Assembly (NCBI GenBank): GCA_040375445.1
Contig: JBEISK010000002.1
Span: 30,459 to 94,458 of the forward strand
DNA length: 64,000 nt
From: Gammaproteobacteria bacterium
GTDB taxonomy: Bacteria; Cyanobacteriota; Vampirovibrionia; Vampirovibrionales; JAJTHC01
Direction: 5' to 3'
Shown here: positions 57,069 to 64,000 of the stretch, in pieces
Layout of the letters: each line of letters opens with the position of its first letter
Position numbering within the stretch: the first letter of the stretch is position 1
The notes under the pieces: model-generated
Told to the model about the DNA's origin: nothing
Seen by the model: only the letters and a program-made list of their open reading frames with translations
Database searches by the model: none
Translations under genes and position numbers: made by a program

Positions 57069-57114
57069 GAAATCCCTTAAAAAATCCCCTACTTCAGTAA
57101 AGAAATAGGGGATA

Positions 57115-57200
57115 TGCCCGTGGCCAGACTTGAACTGGCACGTGGTGTTAGCCACAACGGATTTTAAGTCCGCAGCGTCTACCGATTCCGCCACACGGGC
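57115..57200 (-). tRNA. tRNA-Leu (anticodon UAA)
   Basis: Reverse complement gcccgtgtggcggaatcggtagacgctgcggaCTTAAAAtccgttgtggctaacaccacgtgccagttcaagtctggccacgggca: 7-bp acceptor stem, anticodon loop cuUAAaa, long class II variable arm gtgg..ccac, T-arm gccagTTCAAGTctggc, discriminator A. CCA is not encoded. Confidence 0.8.
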
Positions 57201-57354
57201 TTTCGATTCTCTTAGTCTAGCGTATCAAGCGGTGCTGTCAATCTTCAAAAAATACAGCAAATGCGGTATTTTATTGGCAATAATCGCCGTAGTCTAAGAA
57301 AACACGCTAGACTAAGACTCATTAAGAGAGAAAGAAATAAGGGAAATACGCCCC

Positions 57355-58119
57355 ATGTTAGCTCGTCCACACTGGAATTGGGGACTTGGTCTCGCTATCG
57401 TCCTGATGCTTGTCGCCATGCCTATGGCCGATGCCGCAGGCGTCGCCTTGCCCACCATTCAATTGGGCGTCGCGAAAAGCAATAGCCCTGAACAAGTGGC
57501 TCAAGGCGTGCAGATTTTGATTCTGCTCACGGTGCTGACCCTCGCCCCCAGCATTTTGGTGATGACCACCGCCTTTACTCGCATCGTGATTGTGCTTTCA
57601 CTCGTGCGTCAAGCCCTAGGGACGCCGACCTTGCCTCCTTCGCAAGTGATTGTATCCCTCGCAATGATTTTGAGCTTTTTTGTCATGGCGCCTACTTTTG
57701 AAGAAGTCAACAAAGTCGCCTTTGAACCTTTTATGAAGGGGAGAATGTCTGTGAATGTTGCCCTTGAAAAGGCCACGGAACCCATGCGAACCTTCATGTT
57801 CAAGCAAACCTCTGAAAAAGATATGGCACTGTTTACTAAGCTTGCCAAAATTAAGAAGCCCAAAACCACGAAAGATGTGCCGACCTATGTGCTGTTGCCG
57901 TCTTTCATTATTTCAGAGCTTAAAACGGCGTTTCAGCTAGGTTTTGTGCTGTTTTTGCCTTTTATTGTGATTGACATTGTGGTGTCGTCGATTTTGGTTT
58001 CCATGGGGATGATGTTCCTGCCCCCTGTGACGATTTCCTTGCCGTTTAAGCTGATTTTATTCGTTTTGGTGGACGGCTGGCACCTGATCTCACAAAGCTT
58101 GGTCATGGGGTTTAGATAA
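57355..58119 (+). CDS. fliP: flagellar / T3SS export apparatus protein FliP
   Basis: Signal peptide plus the conserved LILLTVLTLAPSILVMTTAFTRIVIVLSLVRQALGT core. Confidence 0.85.
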   Translation: MLARPHWNWGLGLAIVLMLVAMPMADAAGVALPTIQLGVAKSNSPEQVAQGVQILILLTVLTLAPSILVMTTAFTRIVIVLSLVRQALGTPTLPPSQVIVSLAMILSFFVMAPTFEEVNKVAFEPFMKGRMSVNVALEKATEPMRTFMFKQTSEKDMALFTKLAKIKKPKTTKDVPTYVLLPSFIISELKTAFQLGFVLFLPFIVIDIVVSSILVSMGMMFLPPVTISLPFKLILFVLVDGWHLISQSLVMGFR

Positions 58120-58121
58120 GC

Positions 58122-58409
58122 ATGATTAACGAAGCCTTATTCCTAGACTTGCTGAAAGAAACCTTGTGGATGACCATGCTCATTTCCGCCCCCTTACTCA
58201 TTACAGGGCTGGTTGTGGGGACGCTCGTGTCGCTCGTGCAGACGGTGACCCAATTACAGGAATCCACACTCACCTTTGTGCCAAAGCTCTTGGCAAGTGG
58301 GATTGTACTGATCTTTATGGCACCATGGATGCTTCAACAAATGTTGCAACACACGCAAAAAATGTTTGCCCTTATGCTGGAACTGGCTCAAAACACAGGA
58401 AACGGCTAA
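58122..58409 (+). CDS. fliQ: flagellar / T3SS export apparatus protein FliQ
   Basis: 95 aa two-TM protein, ...LITGLVVGTLVSLVQTVTQLQESTLTFVPKL... Confidence 0.8.
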   Translation: MINEALFLDLLKETLWMTMLISAPLLITGLVVGTLVSLVQTVTQLQESTLTFVPKLLASGIVLIFMAPWMLQQMLQHTQKMFALMLELAQNTGNG

Positions 58410-58410
58410 A

Positions 58411-59244
58411 ATGACCACAGGCGTTCAAGTATTGGGGGGCGATTTCTTACAGTGGCTTTCGATGCCTCACCTGATTGCGACGTTTTTGGTGTTTTGCCGA
58501 GTCACAGGCTTGTTTTTGGTGGCACCCTTTTTCAATCACCCTTCTTTGCCGATGCAACTGCGTTTGTGGTTTGCCCTTAGCACCGCCGTGATTTTTTACC
58601 TCACGCTTACCGTGCCTCAACAAGTGGAACAGCTCCAGTGGGTGCCGATGGATATGCCTCATTTACTGCCCTATATTTTCAAGGAACTCGCCTTGGGCTT
58701 GCTCATGGGTTTGGTGATGAAATATGTGATGGATGCCTTTCATATTGCGGGGGAAAGCTTGTCTCAACAAATGGGTTTGAGCATGGCAAACGCCTTGGAC
58801 CCTGCTTCGGGCGTGAATGCCCCGATTCTAGGGAATGCGTTGACGCAATATGCCTTGGTGCTGTTTATGGTCTTGGGGATTCATCACTGGGTGTTGTTGA
58901 GCCTGCATAGCAGTTTTGAGTTGATTCCCTTGCATTTAATGCCTGCCATGGGGAAAATGGGCATCCTCAGTGAGCGGATGATCTTGGTGTCCGCAGGCAT
59001 GTTCAGCACAGGCATTATGCTTGCTGCTCCTGTTCAAGCGTTGTTGTTTATGGTGGAAGTGGCGTTGGGCTATATTTCTAAATTGATGCCTCAAATGAAC
59101 GTGTTTATGGTGGCGGCTCCGTTGAAGGTGATGCTCGGTTTGTGGGCGTTGATGGCGTTTTTGCCGTCGATGCAGACCTTTATGAGTGAGCATTATCATG
59201 ATCACATCAAGGTGCTACGCTTTTTGCTAAAAGGGCTTTTGTAG
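58411..59244 (+). CDS. fliR: flagellar / T3SS export apparatus protein FliR
   Basis: Polytopic FliR/SctT-family protein. Start taken at ATG 58411 (MTTGVQVLGG...). The ORF-track start 58366 overlaps fliQ. Confidence 0.8.
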   Translation: MTTGVQVLGGDFLQWLSMPHLIATFLVFCRVTGLFLVAPFFNHPSLPMQLRLWFALSTAVIFYLTLTVPQQVEQLQWVPMDMPHLLPYIFKELALGLLMGLVMKYVMDAFHIAGESLSQQMGLSMANALDPASGVNAPILGNALTQYALVLFMVLGIHHWVLLSLHSSFELIPLHLMPAMGKMGILSERMILVSAGMFSTGIMLAAPVQALLFMVEVALGYISKLMPQMNVFMVAAPLKVMLGLWALMAFLPSMQTFMSEHYHDHIKVLRFLLKGLL

Positions 59245-59272
59245 TGTTTTAAGAAGTCAAACAGCGGTTTTG

Positions 59273-59400
59273 TCCCCCCTCCTAATTTTAGGAGGGGGTT
59301 AGGGGGCGGTTAAACTCACAAACGAAGTCTAGGGTTTAACCTCACCCTCGAACGTCTAGCGACGTTCTCTTCCCTCTCCTAAAATTAGGAGAGGGGACAG
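59273..59400 (+). repeat. repeat family A, copy 3
   Basis: Near-identical to copy 2 (cccccctcctaattttaggagggggttagggggcggttaaactcacaaacgaagtctagggtttaacctcaccctcgaacgtctagcgacgttctcttccctctcctaaaattaggagagggg). Confidence 0.75.
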
Positions 59401-59456
59401 GCAAATTATTTAAAACACTATATAAAAACATAGACCGTTTTATATAGCGGATACTA

Positions 59457-60512
59457 TTAGCCTTTTAATTGCTGGACGTAAGTCTTGCCGACTTGCGTCA
59501 AACGATACTCCATGCTCGTGGCGTTGCCTGTCAAGTCAGGCACGACTTCAATATATCGCTGAGCCAACGCACGCTCTAGCACAGCGTGGTTGAGGTGCCC
59601 CGCATCCGCCAATTCCACCAAATGCTTGAGCTGCGACGAGCCAAAAGTGGATTGATGTTGCTGCGTTCTAAGGTATTCCCCTGCCAACAATAGCACTTCG
59701 GTAATATCGTTGAAACGAGCTTGGCTCAAATAGCCTTTAAAATCAGGGATCGATGCCTCGTTTTTGGCACTGAATGAGGTTTGAAAATCGTTGAGCAAGG
59801 TCGAAAAAATGGGACGCTCCGCAGGTTCGGGGGGACTTTGACGATGTTCCATAGTACGAATGGGGGCTTGAAACGCCTGTTGGGTCTGCTGAATGAGGGT
59901 TTCCACCGCTGTAGGCGTTGCATCGACTTGTGAGATTCTGGTGGTATGGGTGCTAGGGGCATAGGCTTTTAAATTGGGGAAAAGCTGTTGAGCCACTTCA
60001 TCTTGGGCTTGATGCTTTACGGCAGACGCTTCTACCCATGCTTTGAATTGATCTAATTCCAAATCGCCAGAAAGGCTTGTACTTGTGGTGTTTATAGGGC
60101 TTTGTGGAACTTGGCTTTGAAACATGGCTGGAGAGGGAGGCACTTCTTGCTGAGGCAGAGGAGCGTGAACGGGAAGAGACTCGCTAGACGCTTTTATAGC
60201 AGGCGTATAGGGTGTTTTCTTCAAAGGGAGCAAACCTGCCAAGGCTTGTTGAACCTTCCACGCTTGCTGGCTCATAAAACGAGCATCCGAAGAATGAAGC
60301 TCGAAATCGATGCCTGCTTCCTGCCACTTTAAATGGTAAGGAAAAGGGGTCGTATCCACAGGGGAACTCAAGCGGACTGGGGCTTGAAGCGTTTCCACAA
60401 AGGCATCCACCGTTTTGGATTTCGGCGTGACTTTGCGGGTTGGGGACGTATTTTTAAGCGTGGCTTTGGGGGACGCCTTTTTCTTCGCAGGCGGTTTGAT
60501 AGCATCTTTCAA
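59457..60512 (-). CDS. hypothetical Pro-rich protein
   Basis: 351 aa with a lysine-rich N-terminus, a P/Q/S-rich middle and a more structured C-terminal 90 aa. No recognised domain. Confidence 0.45.
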   Translation of the reverse strand: MKDAIKPPAKKKASPKATLKNTSPTRKVTPKSKTVDAFVETLQAPVRLSSPVDTTPFPYHLKWQEAGIDFELHSSDARFMSQQAWKVQQALAGLLPLKKTPYTPAIKASSESLPVHAPLPQQEVPPSPAMFQSQVPQSPINTTSTSLSGDLELDQFKAWVEASAVKHQAQDEVAQQLFPNLKAYAPSTHTTRISQVDATPTAVETLIQQTQQAFQAPIRTMEHRQSPPEPAERPIFSTLLNDFQTSFSAKNEASIPDFKGYLSQARFNDITEVLLLAGEYLRTQQHQSTFGSSQLKHLVELADAGHLNHAVLERALAQRYIEVVPDLTGNATSMEYRLTQVGKTYVQQLKG

Positions 60513-60540
60513 GGTTTTTTTCCTTAAATAAATCGCTGAA

Positions 60541-60687
60541 TTAGCGAAGGTCGGGTGCCTTTTCTTGAGACGTATTCAACAAAGCTTCACGCCAATTTTC
60601 AAGCTGGGCTTCAATAAATTGAGGATCATCGCTTTGTAACTCAAGCTCTAAATCACCTTTTTTCAATTTAAATACATACTCGCTCAT
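60541..60687 (-). CDS. possible small protein (48 aa) upstream of, and co-oriented with, the Pro-rich gene
   Basis: Own translation MSEYVFKLKKGDLELELQSDDPQFIEAQLENWREALLNTSQEKAPDLR. Ends 28 nt before the next gene. Below the ORF-track length cut-off. Confidence 0.25.
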   Translation of the reverse strand: MSEYVFKLKKGDLELELQSDDPQFIEAQLENWREALLNTSQEKAPDLR

Positions 60688-60932
60688 GGGGATCTCCTTT
60701 ATTAGGTTGGGGGATTTTTTGAAGGTCTAACAATTAAATCATGAAACGGTCGTCTATTCAGAGGTTTTGGCTATTTTTCATCCACTTATGGGACTTTTTC
60801 TGTTAAGCCAATTCTTCCCTCAAATAGTGGAGGCGGTTCAAGAATGCCAAACGTCATAATACAAAAAATTGCTCATACCATTCACTCGTTTAAATGGTAC
60901 CGATTCACAGAGATTGAAGGGAATGCCCTACC

Positions 60933-61967
60933 ATGACGAACATCGCCACACTAGACGACTTGTTAACCCCCTTTGAAGCCCATGCGTCTTTAGGGAAAGA
61001 GGATTTATTACATGCGGAAGCGCCTGCTTCAGTGGTGAAAAAATCGGTAGGAAAAAAATCGATTGCTCAAAGCATTATGGGGCAGAAAGCCGTCGGTGTT
61101 CATTCACCGCTTGGTATCACAACCCCTGCTTCGATACCTGTGCTTGATTTTTCTTCCTTAGATGAAGAACTTGCACAACTTAATCCACACGATACAGTCG
61201 ATACAGTTCTTCAAAGTGAGCCTTCGCTAACGCCCGAAATCGTAGAAAGTTCTGAAGCGCCTGCCTTTGAAGCCATTGCAGTGGAAGCCCCTGCTGTGGT
61301 GGAGCGTCCAAAAGTGGTGAGCCTTGGTTTTGCGGAAGAGACGTTAGATGCCTTGACGGCTCAAGAGCGTCACCCTGAACATGCCTTGATTAAACGAGTT
61401 TCTGAAATTATTTTTGCCATCGTTAGCTTGGGGCTTACGGCTCCTTTGTTTGCTTGGGTGGCTTTTCTCTCTAAGTCGCAGGATGCGGATCGTCCTGTTT
61501 TGGTGTTTGACGATTATGTGGGGCAGTTTCAACAACGTATTACCGTGCCTCGTTTCTCTGTTTTTGACGACATTGACAAGGATTCCACCTTCTTGGTGCG
61601 AGCTTCTCATGCCTTGGGTTTGGCTCATTTGCCGAACTTGCTAAGTCTGTATGATGGGACGCTTTCCCTTGTCGGGCCTACCTTGATGCGAGAATCGGAT
61701 CTTCAAAACTTGCCCATCAAGTATTTGGAACGTTTTCAAGTCTTGCCTGGACTTTTTGGCTTGGCTCAAGTCTTGACGAAATTTTACCCAAACGCGTCGC
61801 TTCGTGCGGTGGCTCAATTGGATCTAGACTATACCCGTCGTTGGAACCTATTTTTAGATGTGGCTATTTTATGGAGCCACTTGCGAGCCAAAGATCCTCA
61901 CCAAAAAGTCGCCCAAAAGCAGGATGCCCCGTCGTCTCGTCGTTTTCAGATTACGGTGACGTACTAA
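60933..61967 (+). CDS. bacterial sugar transferase (polyprenyl-phosphate glycosyl-1-phosphate transferase family)-like protein, divergent
   Basis: KRVSEIIFAIVSLGLTAPLFAWVAFL (compare KRxxDIxxSxxxLxxxxPL), GTLSLVGPTL (compare GDMSLVGPRP), DLDYTRRWNLFLDVAILW (compare DLxYIxNWSLxLDLKIL). It lacks the canonical KFRTM block and has a 150 aa N-terminal extension. Confidence 0.5.
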   Translation: MTNIATLDDLLTPFEAHASLGKEDLLHAEAPASVVKKSVGKKSIAQSIMGQKAVGVHSPLGITTPASIPVLDFSSLDEELAQLNPHDTVDTVLQSEPSLTPEIVESSEAPAFEAIAVEAPAVVERPKVVSLGFAEETLDALTAQERHPEHALIKRVSEIIFAIVSLGLTAPLFAWVAFLSKSQDADRPVLVFDDYVGQFQQRITVPRFSVFDDIDKDSTFLVRASHALGLAHLPNLLSLYDGTLSLVGPTLMRESDLQNLPIKYLERFQVLPGLFGLAQVLTKFYPNASLRAVAQLDLDYTRRWNLFLDVAILWSHLRAKDPHQKVAQKQDAPSSRRFQITVTY

Positions 61968-62026
61968 AAACCCCTCTTGATCAGAAGGGTTTTGGTAAAT
62001 CTATTATTGAAGCATCAGACCTGCAA

Positions 62027-62326
62027 TTAGCAGAGGCGATTAAAATTAGCCCCTACGCCTGTAAGTGCGTTGAGATCTTGACAATAAGTGGGTGTTAATG
62101 CTTGAGGAGCAATGTTTGCAAAGGCAGTAGGATCAAAGCCTTGAAAATTGCTATTACCTGAACCAAGGGAAGACGACATCACAGAAGGGACAGGAGCTTT
62201 TGCCACCGCAGGCGAAGGGTTTCCTAATTGAGGAATCGATAAACCTGCATTTTGAGTAGCACCCATAGACATCGTGCCACCACGTTGTAAATTGGCAAAG
62301 TTTATACCAAGATCAAAGAGACCCAT
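62027..62326 (-). CDS. small low-complexity hypothetical protein (doubtful)
   Basis: 99 aa ORF with G/S/A/N-rich composition. Confidence 0.2.
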   Translation of the reverse strand: MGLFDLGINFANLQRGGTMSMGATQNAGLSIPQLGNPSPAVAKAPVPSVMSSSLGSGNSNFQGFDPTAFANIAPQALTPTYCQDLNALTGVGANFNRLC

Positions 62327-62497
62327 TTGTAAAAGTCCTTTCTGAGATTAAGCTTAGTAATTATATAAAACCCTAGACAAAAAAGCAATTGCTCATTTGT
62401 AACGATTTGTATCCATTTTTTAGGAAAGGTTTAAGATTGTCGAAGGATTGTATAGAAAAACCTTATAAAAAACTCTGCGAAAGTCTTTTTTGCCTTG

Positions 62498-62620
62498 TTC
62501 CTCCTCCCTTAGGTCGCACGCCTCGCCTATGGCGGGCTACGCTAGGAGGAGGGACACCAGCTATAACGGGGCATCCCGAATCCCTCACCCCAACCCTCTC
62601 CCTAAGGGAGAGGGGGTAAA
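62498..62620. repeat. repeat family C, copy 2
   Basis: ...ccctcaccccaaccctctccctaagggagagggggtaaagcc matches the copy 1 hairpin end. Confidence 0.6.
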
Positions 62621-62672
62621 GCCACTTTTGCAGAGATTTCTATAGAAAAACCCTCTAAAAGGATGCGATCCC

Positions 62673-63071
62673 ATGCCGTCTAGTCGCCAAAACTTAAGAG
62701 AACTCCTGCGAGATGAAAGCCTAAGCAAACGCCAACAGCTCACCATTCGCTTGATGTACAAAAATTACGGCAAAAAACGCATGACCTACATGCTATTGGT
62801 GCTATTTTTGGGCTGGTTAGGGGTGCATCGCTATTATGCCAGTAGTGACGTGATGAACGGCTTGATGAGTCCGTTTTGCGTGTTTTACCCAGCCGTGGCT
62901 CCTGCCCTGTTTATGAGTGAAGAGCCGATTGCGATTACGCTAGGGATTGCCTGGTTTGCGTTTCTTTATGTGGTGGCGTTTTGTGAAATTCCGTGGCATT
63001 TGACGAAGATTAGAAAGAGCAATACGCGGTTGAAGATTTTTTTAGAAGATCACGTTAAGCATTCGTCTTAA
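62673..63071 (+). CDS. TM2-domain membrane protein
   Basis: KKRMTYMLLVLFLGWLGVHRYYAS resembles the TM2 signature (LLSxfLGxlGxdRFYLG). Confidence 0.5.
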   Translation: MPSSRQNLRELLRDESLSKRQQLTIRLMYKNYGKKRMTYMLLVLFLGWLGVHRYYASSDVMNGLMSPFCVFYPAVAPALFMSEEPIAITLGIAWFAFLYVVAFCEIPWHLTKIRKSNTRLKIFLEDHVKHSS

Positions 63072-63118
63072 TTTTGAGCTATAATTTTGAGAAGCCCTCT
63101 TCTCAAGGATGCTCTGCC

Positions 63119-64000
63119 ATGTCTCAAGCTCAAGTCCTGAAAAACTTGCCGATTATCGCCGTCACACTCGGTGATTTAGAAGGCATCGGCGGTGAACTTT
63201 CCTTGAAGGTCGCTCACCGCTTAATGGAAGACTGCTCGCCTCGCTATCAGCTCCGCTTTTATGGGGATGTTCACACCGCAGACGCTCAAGCCGAAGCCTT
63301 GTCTTTAACCCCGATTCAAGCCCTTGCCAAGTCGCATCCGCAGCTGATTTCTTGGGTGCAGACGCCTGCTGAATCCAGCGGGAAAGCGTCGTATTTGGCA
63401 CTTGAAGCCGCCGTTTTAGATGCTCTCGCAAACAAGGTCATCGGTGTGGTGACGAATCCCATTTCAAAGGCGAATTGGTGGAAGGCAGGCGTGCCGTATT
63501 CAGGGCATACCGAAGCCCTTGAAATGCTGGCGAATCGGGAAGCCCCTCGTGCGGAAGCCACGTGGCAAGCGGATATGTTCTTTGCGTTTCAAAACTTTCG
63601 ACTGCTTTTGTTGACCCGTCATGTGCCGTTACAAGCCGTTTCGACTTGTTTAGACCTCAATCAAGCCAAGGCGTCTGTGAAAGCGTTGATTCACACGCTA
63701 GAGCAAACGCTCGCCAAAGCAAGCTACCGCATCGCTTTGCTAGGGGTGAATCCGCATGCTGGTGAAATTGGTGGTGTTGAAGAAGCCGAGATACTCTTGC
63801 CCTTACAAACGTGGGTGCATCAAAACTTCCCCCACGTCACCATGAGCCTGCCCCAGCCTGCCGATGCCTTCTTTAGAGGCTTTGACGCCAAAACCGCCAA
63901 AGGCTTTGATGCGGTGGTGAGTCCGTATCACGATCAGGGGCTTATTCCGATGAAGATGCTTGCGGGGTTTGACGCGGTGAATGTGACGATTGGCTTGCCG
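63119..64000 (+). CDS. pdxA: 4-hydroxythreonine-4-phosphate dehydrogenase; C-terminus runs off the window end
   Basis: Own translation from ATG 63119: MSQAQVLKNLPIIAVTLGDLEGIGGE...GVNPHAGE...SPYHDQGLIPMK. It is absent from the ORF track because it has no in-window stop. Confidence 0.85.
   Translation, partial: MSQAQVLKNLPIIAVTLGDLEGIGGELSLKVAHRLMEDCSPRYQLRFYGDVHTADAQAEALSLTPIQALAKSHPQLISWVQTPAESSGKASYLALEAAVLDALANKVIGVVTNPISKANWWKAGVPYSGHTEALEMLANREAPRAEATWQADMFFAFQNFRLLLLTRHVPLQAVSTCLDLNQAKASVKALIHTLEQTLAKASYRIALLGVNPHAGEIGGVEEAEILLPLQTWVHQNFPHVTMSLPQPADAFFRGFDAKTAKGFDAVVSPYHDQGLIPMKMLAGFDAVNVTIGLP

Noticed and set aside
56902-57355. Possible integrative element at tRNA-Leu
   Set aside because: No integrase, no direct repeat of the tRNA 3' end, and the flanking genes are core genes (response regulator, fliP). 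Only a family C repeat is present.

Overview
This 64 kb window is a gene-dense bacterial chromosomal segment with about 50% GC. The sigma-70 paralogs look cyanobacteria-like, and the gene content (chemotaxis, flagellar and pilus-like genes, no photosynthesis genes) would fit a non-photosynthetic relative such as Melainabacteria. That placement is a guess. Recognisable core genes are aroA (partial, window start), two sigma-70 factors, dnaG, a complete minus-strand chemotaxis operon (cheA-cheW-cheB-cheR-cheY-cheX-cheY), korAB, a polyprenyl synthase, miaA, a SAM hydroxide adenosyltransferase, pheA, mutY, a type-II NADH dehydrogenase, a GtrA/GT39/GT2 glycosylation trio, an M55 DppA-like peptidase, a lipoprotein-secretin-PilB/GspE-PilC/GspF module, a GAF histidine kinase, glyS, purB, a NarL-type response regulator, tRNA-Leu(UAA), fliPQR, and pdxA (partial, window end). 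One sigma-70, probably the principal sigma rpoD, carries an apparent -1 frameshift. I found no rRNA, CRISPR, integrase or transposase. Features the core genes do not explain: (1) a RelA/SpoT-type nucleotidyltransferase encoded as the last gene of the chemotaxis operon; (2) a Q/N/G/Y-rich curlin-like protein with a Met-rich tail and no signal peptide; (3) three paralogous EF-hand proteins with Pro/Thr-rich tails, one preceded by an (AG)8 microsatellite; (4) a 250 bp 12-mer repeat inside the secretin gene encoding about 21 AGGA units; (5) three families of roughly 130 bp hairpin or MITE-like intergenic repeats (A x3, B x4 with terminal inverted repeats, C x3); (6) an array of about eight direct 21-22 bp iteron-like repeats inside a 740 bp repeat-dense non-coding hotspot; (7) a decayed FdtA/WxcM-like sugar ketoisomerase pseudogene with a poly-A frameshift. 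No canonical defence or mobile system is evident. The most novel candidates are the che-operon-linked RelA/SpoT protein, the EF-hand and prion-like protein families, and the repeat and iteron hotspot.
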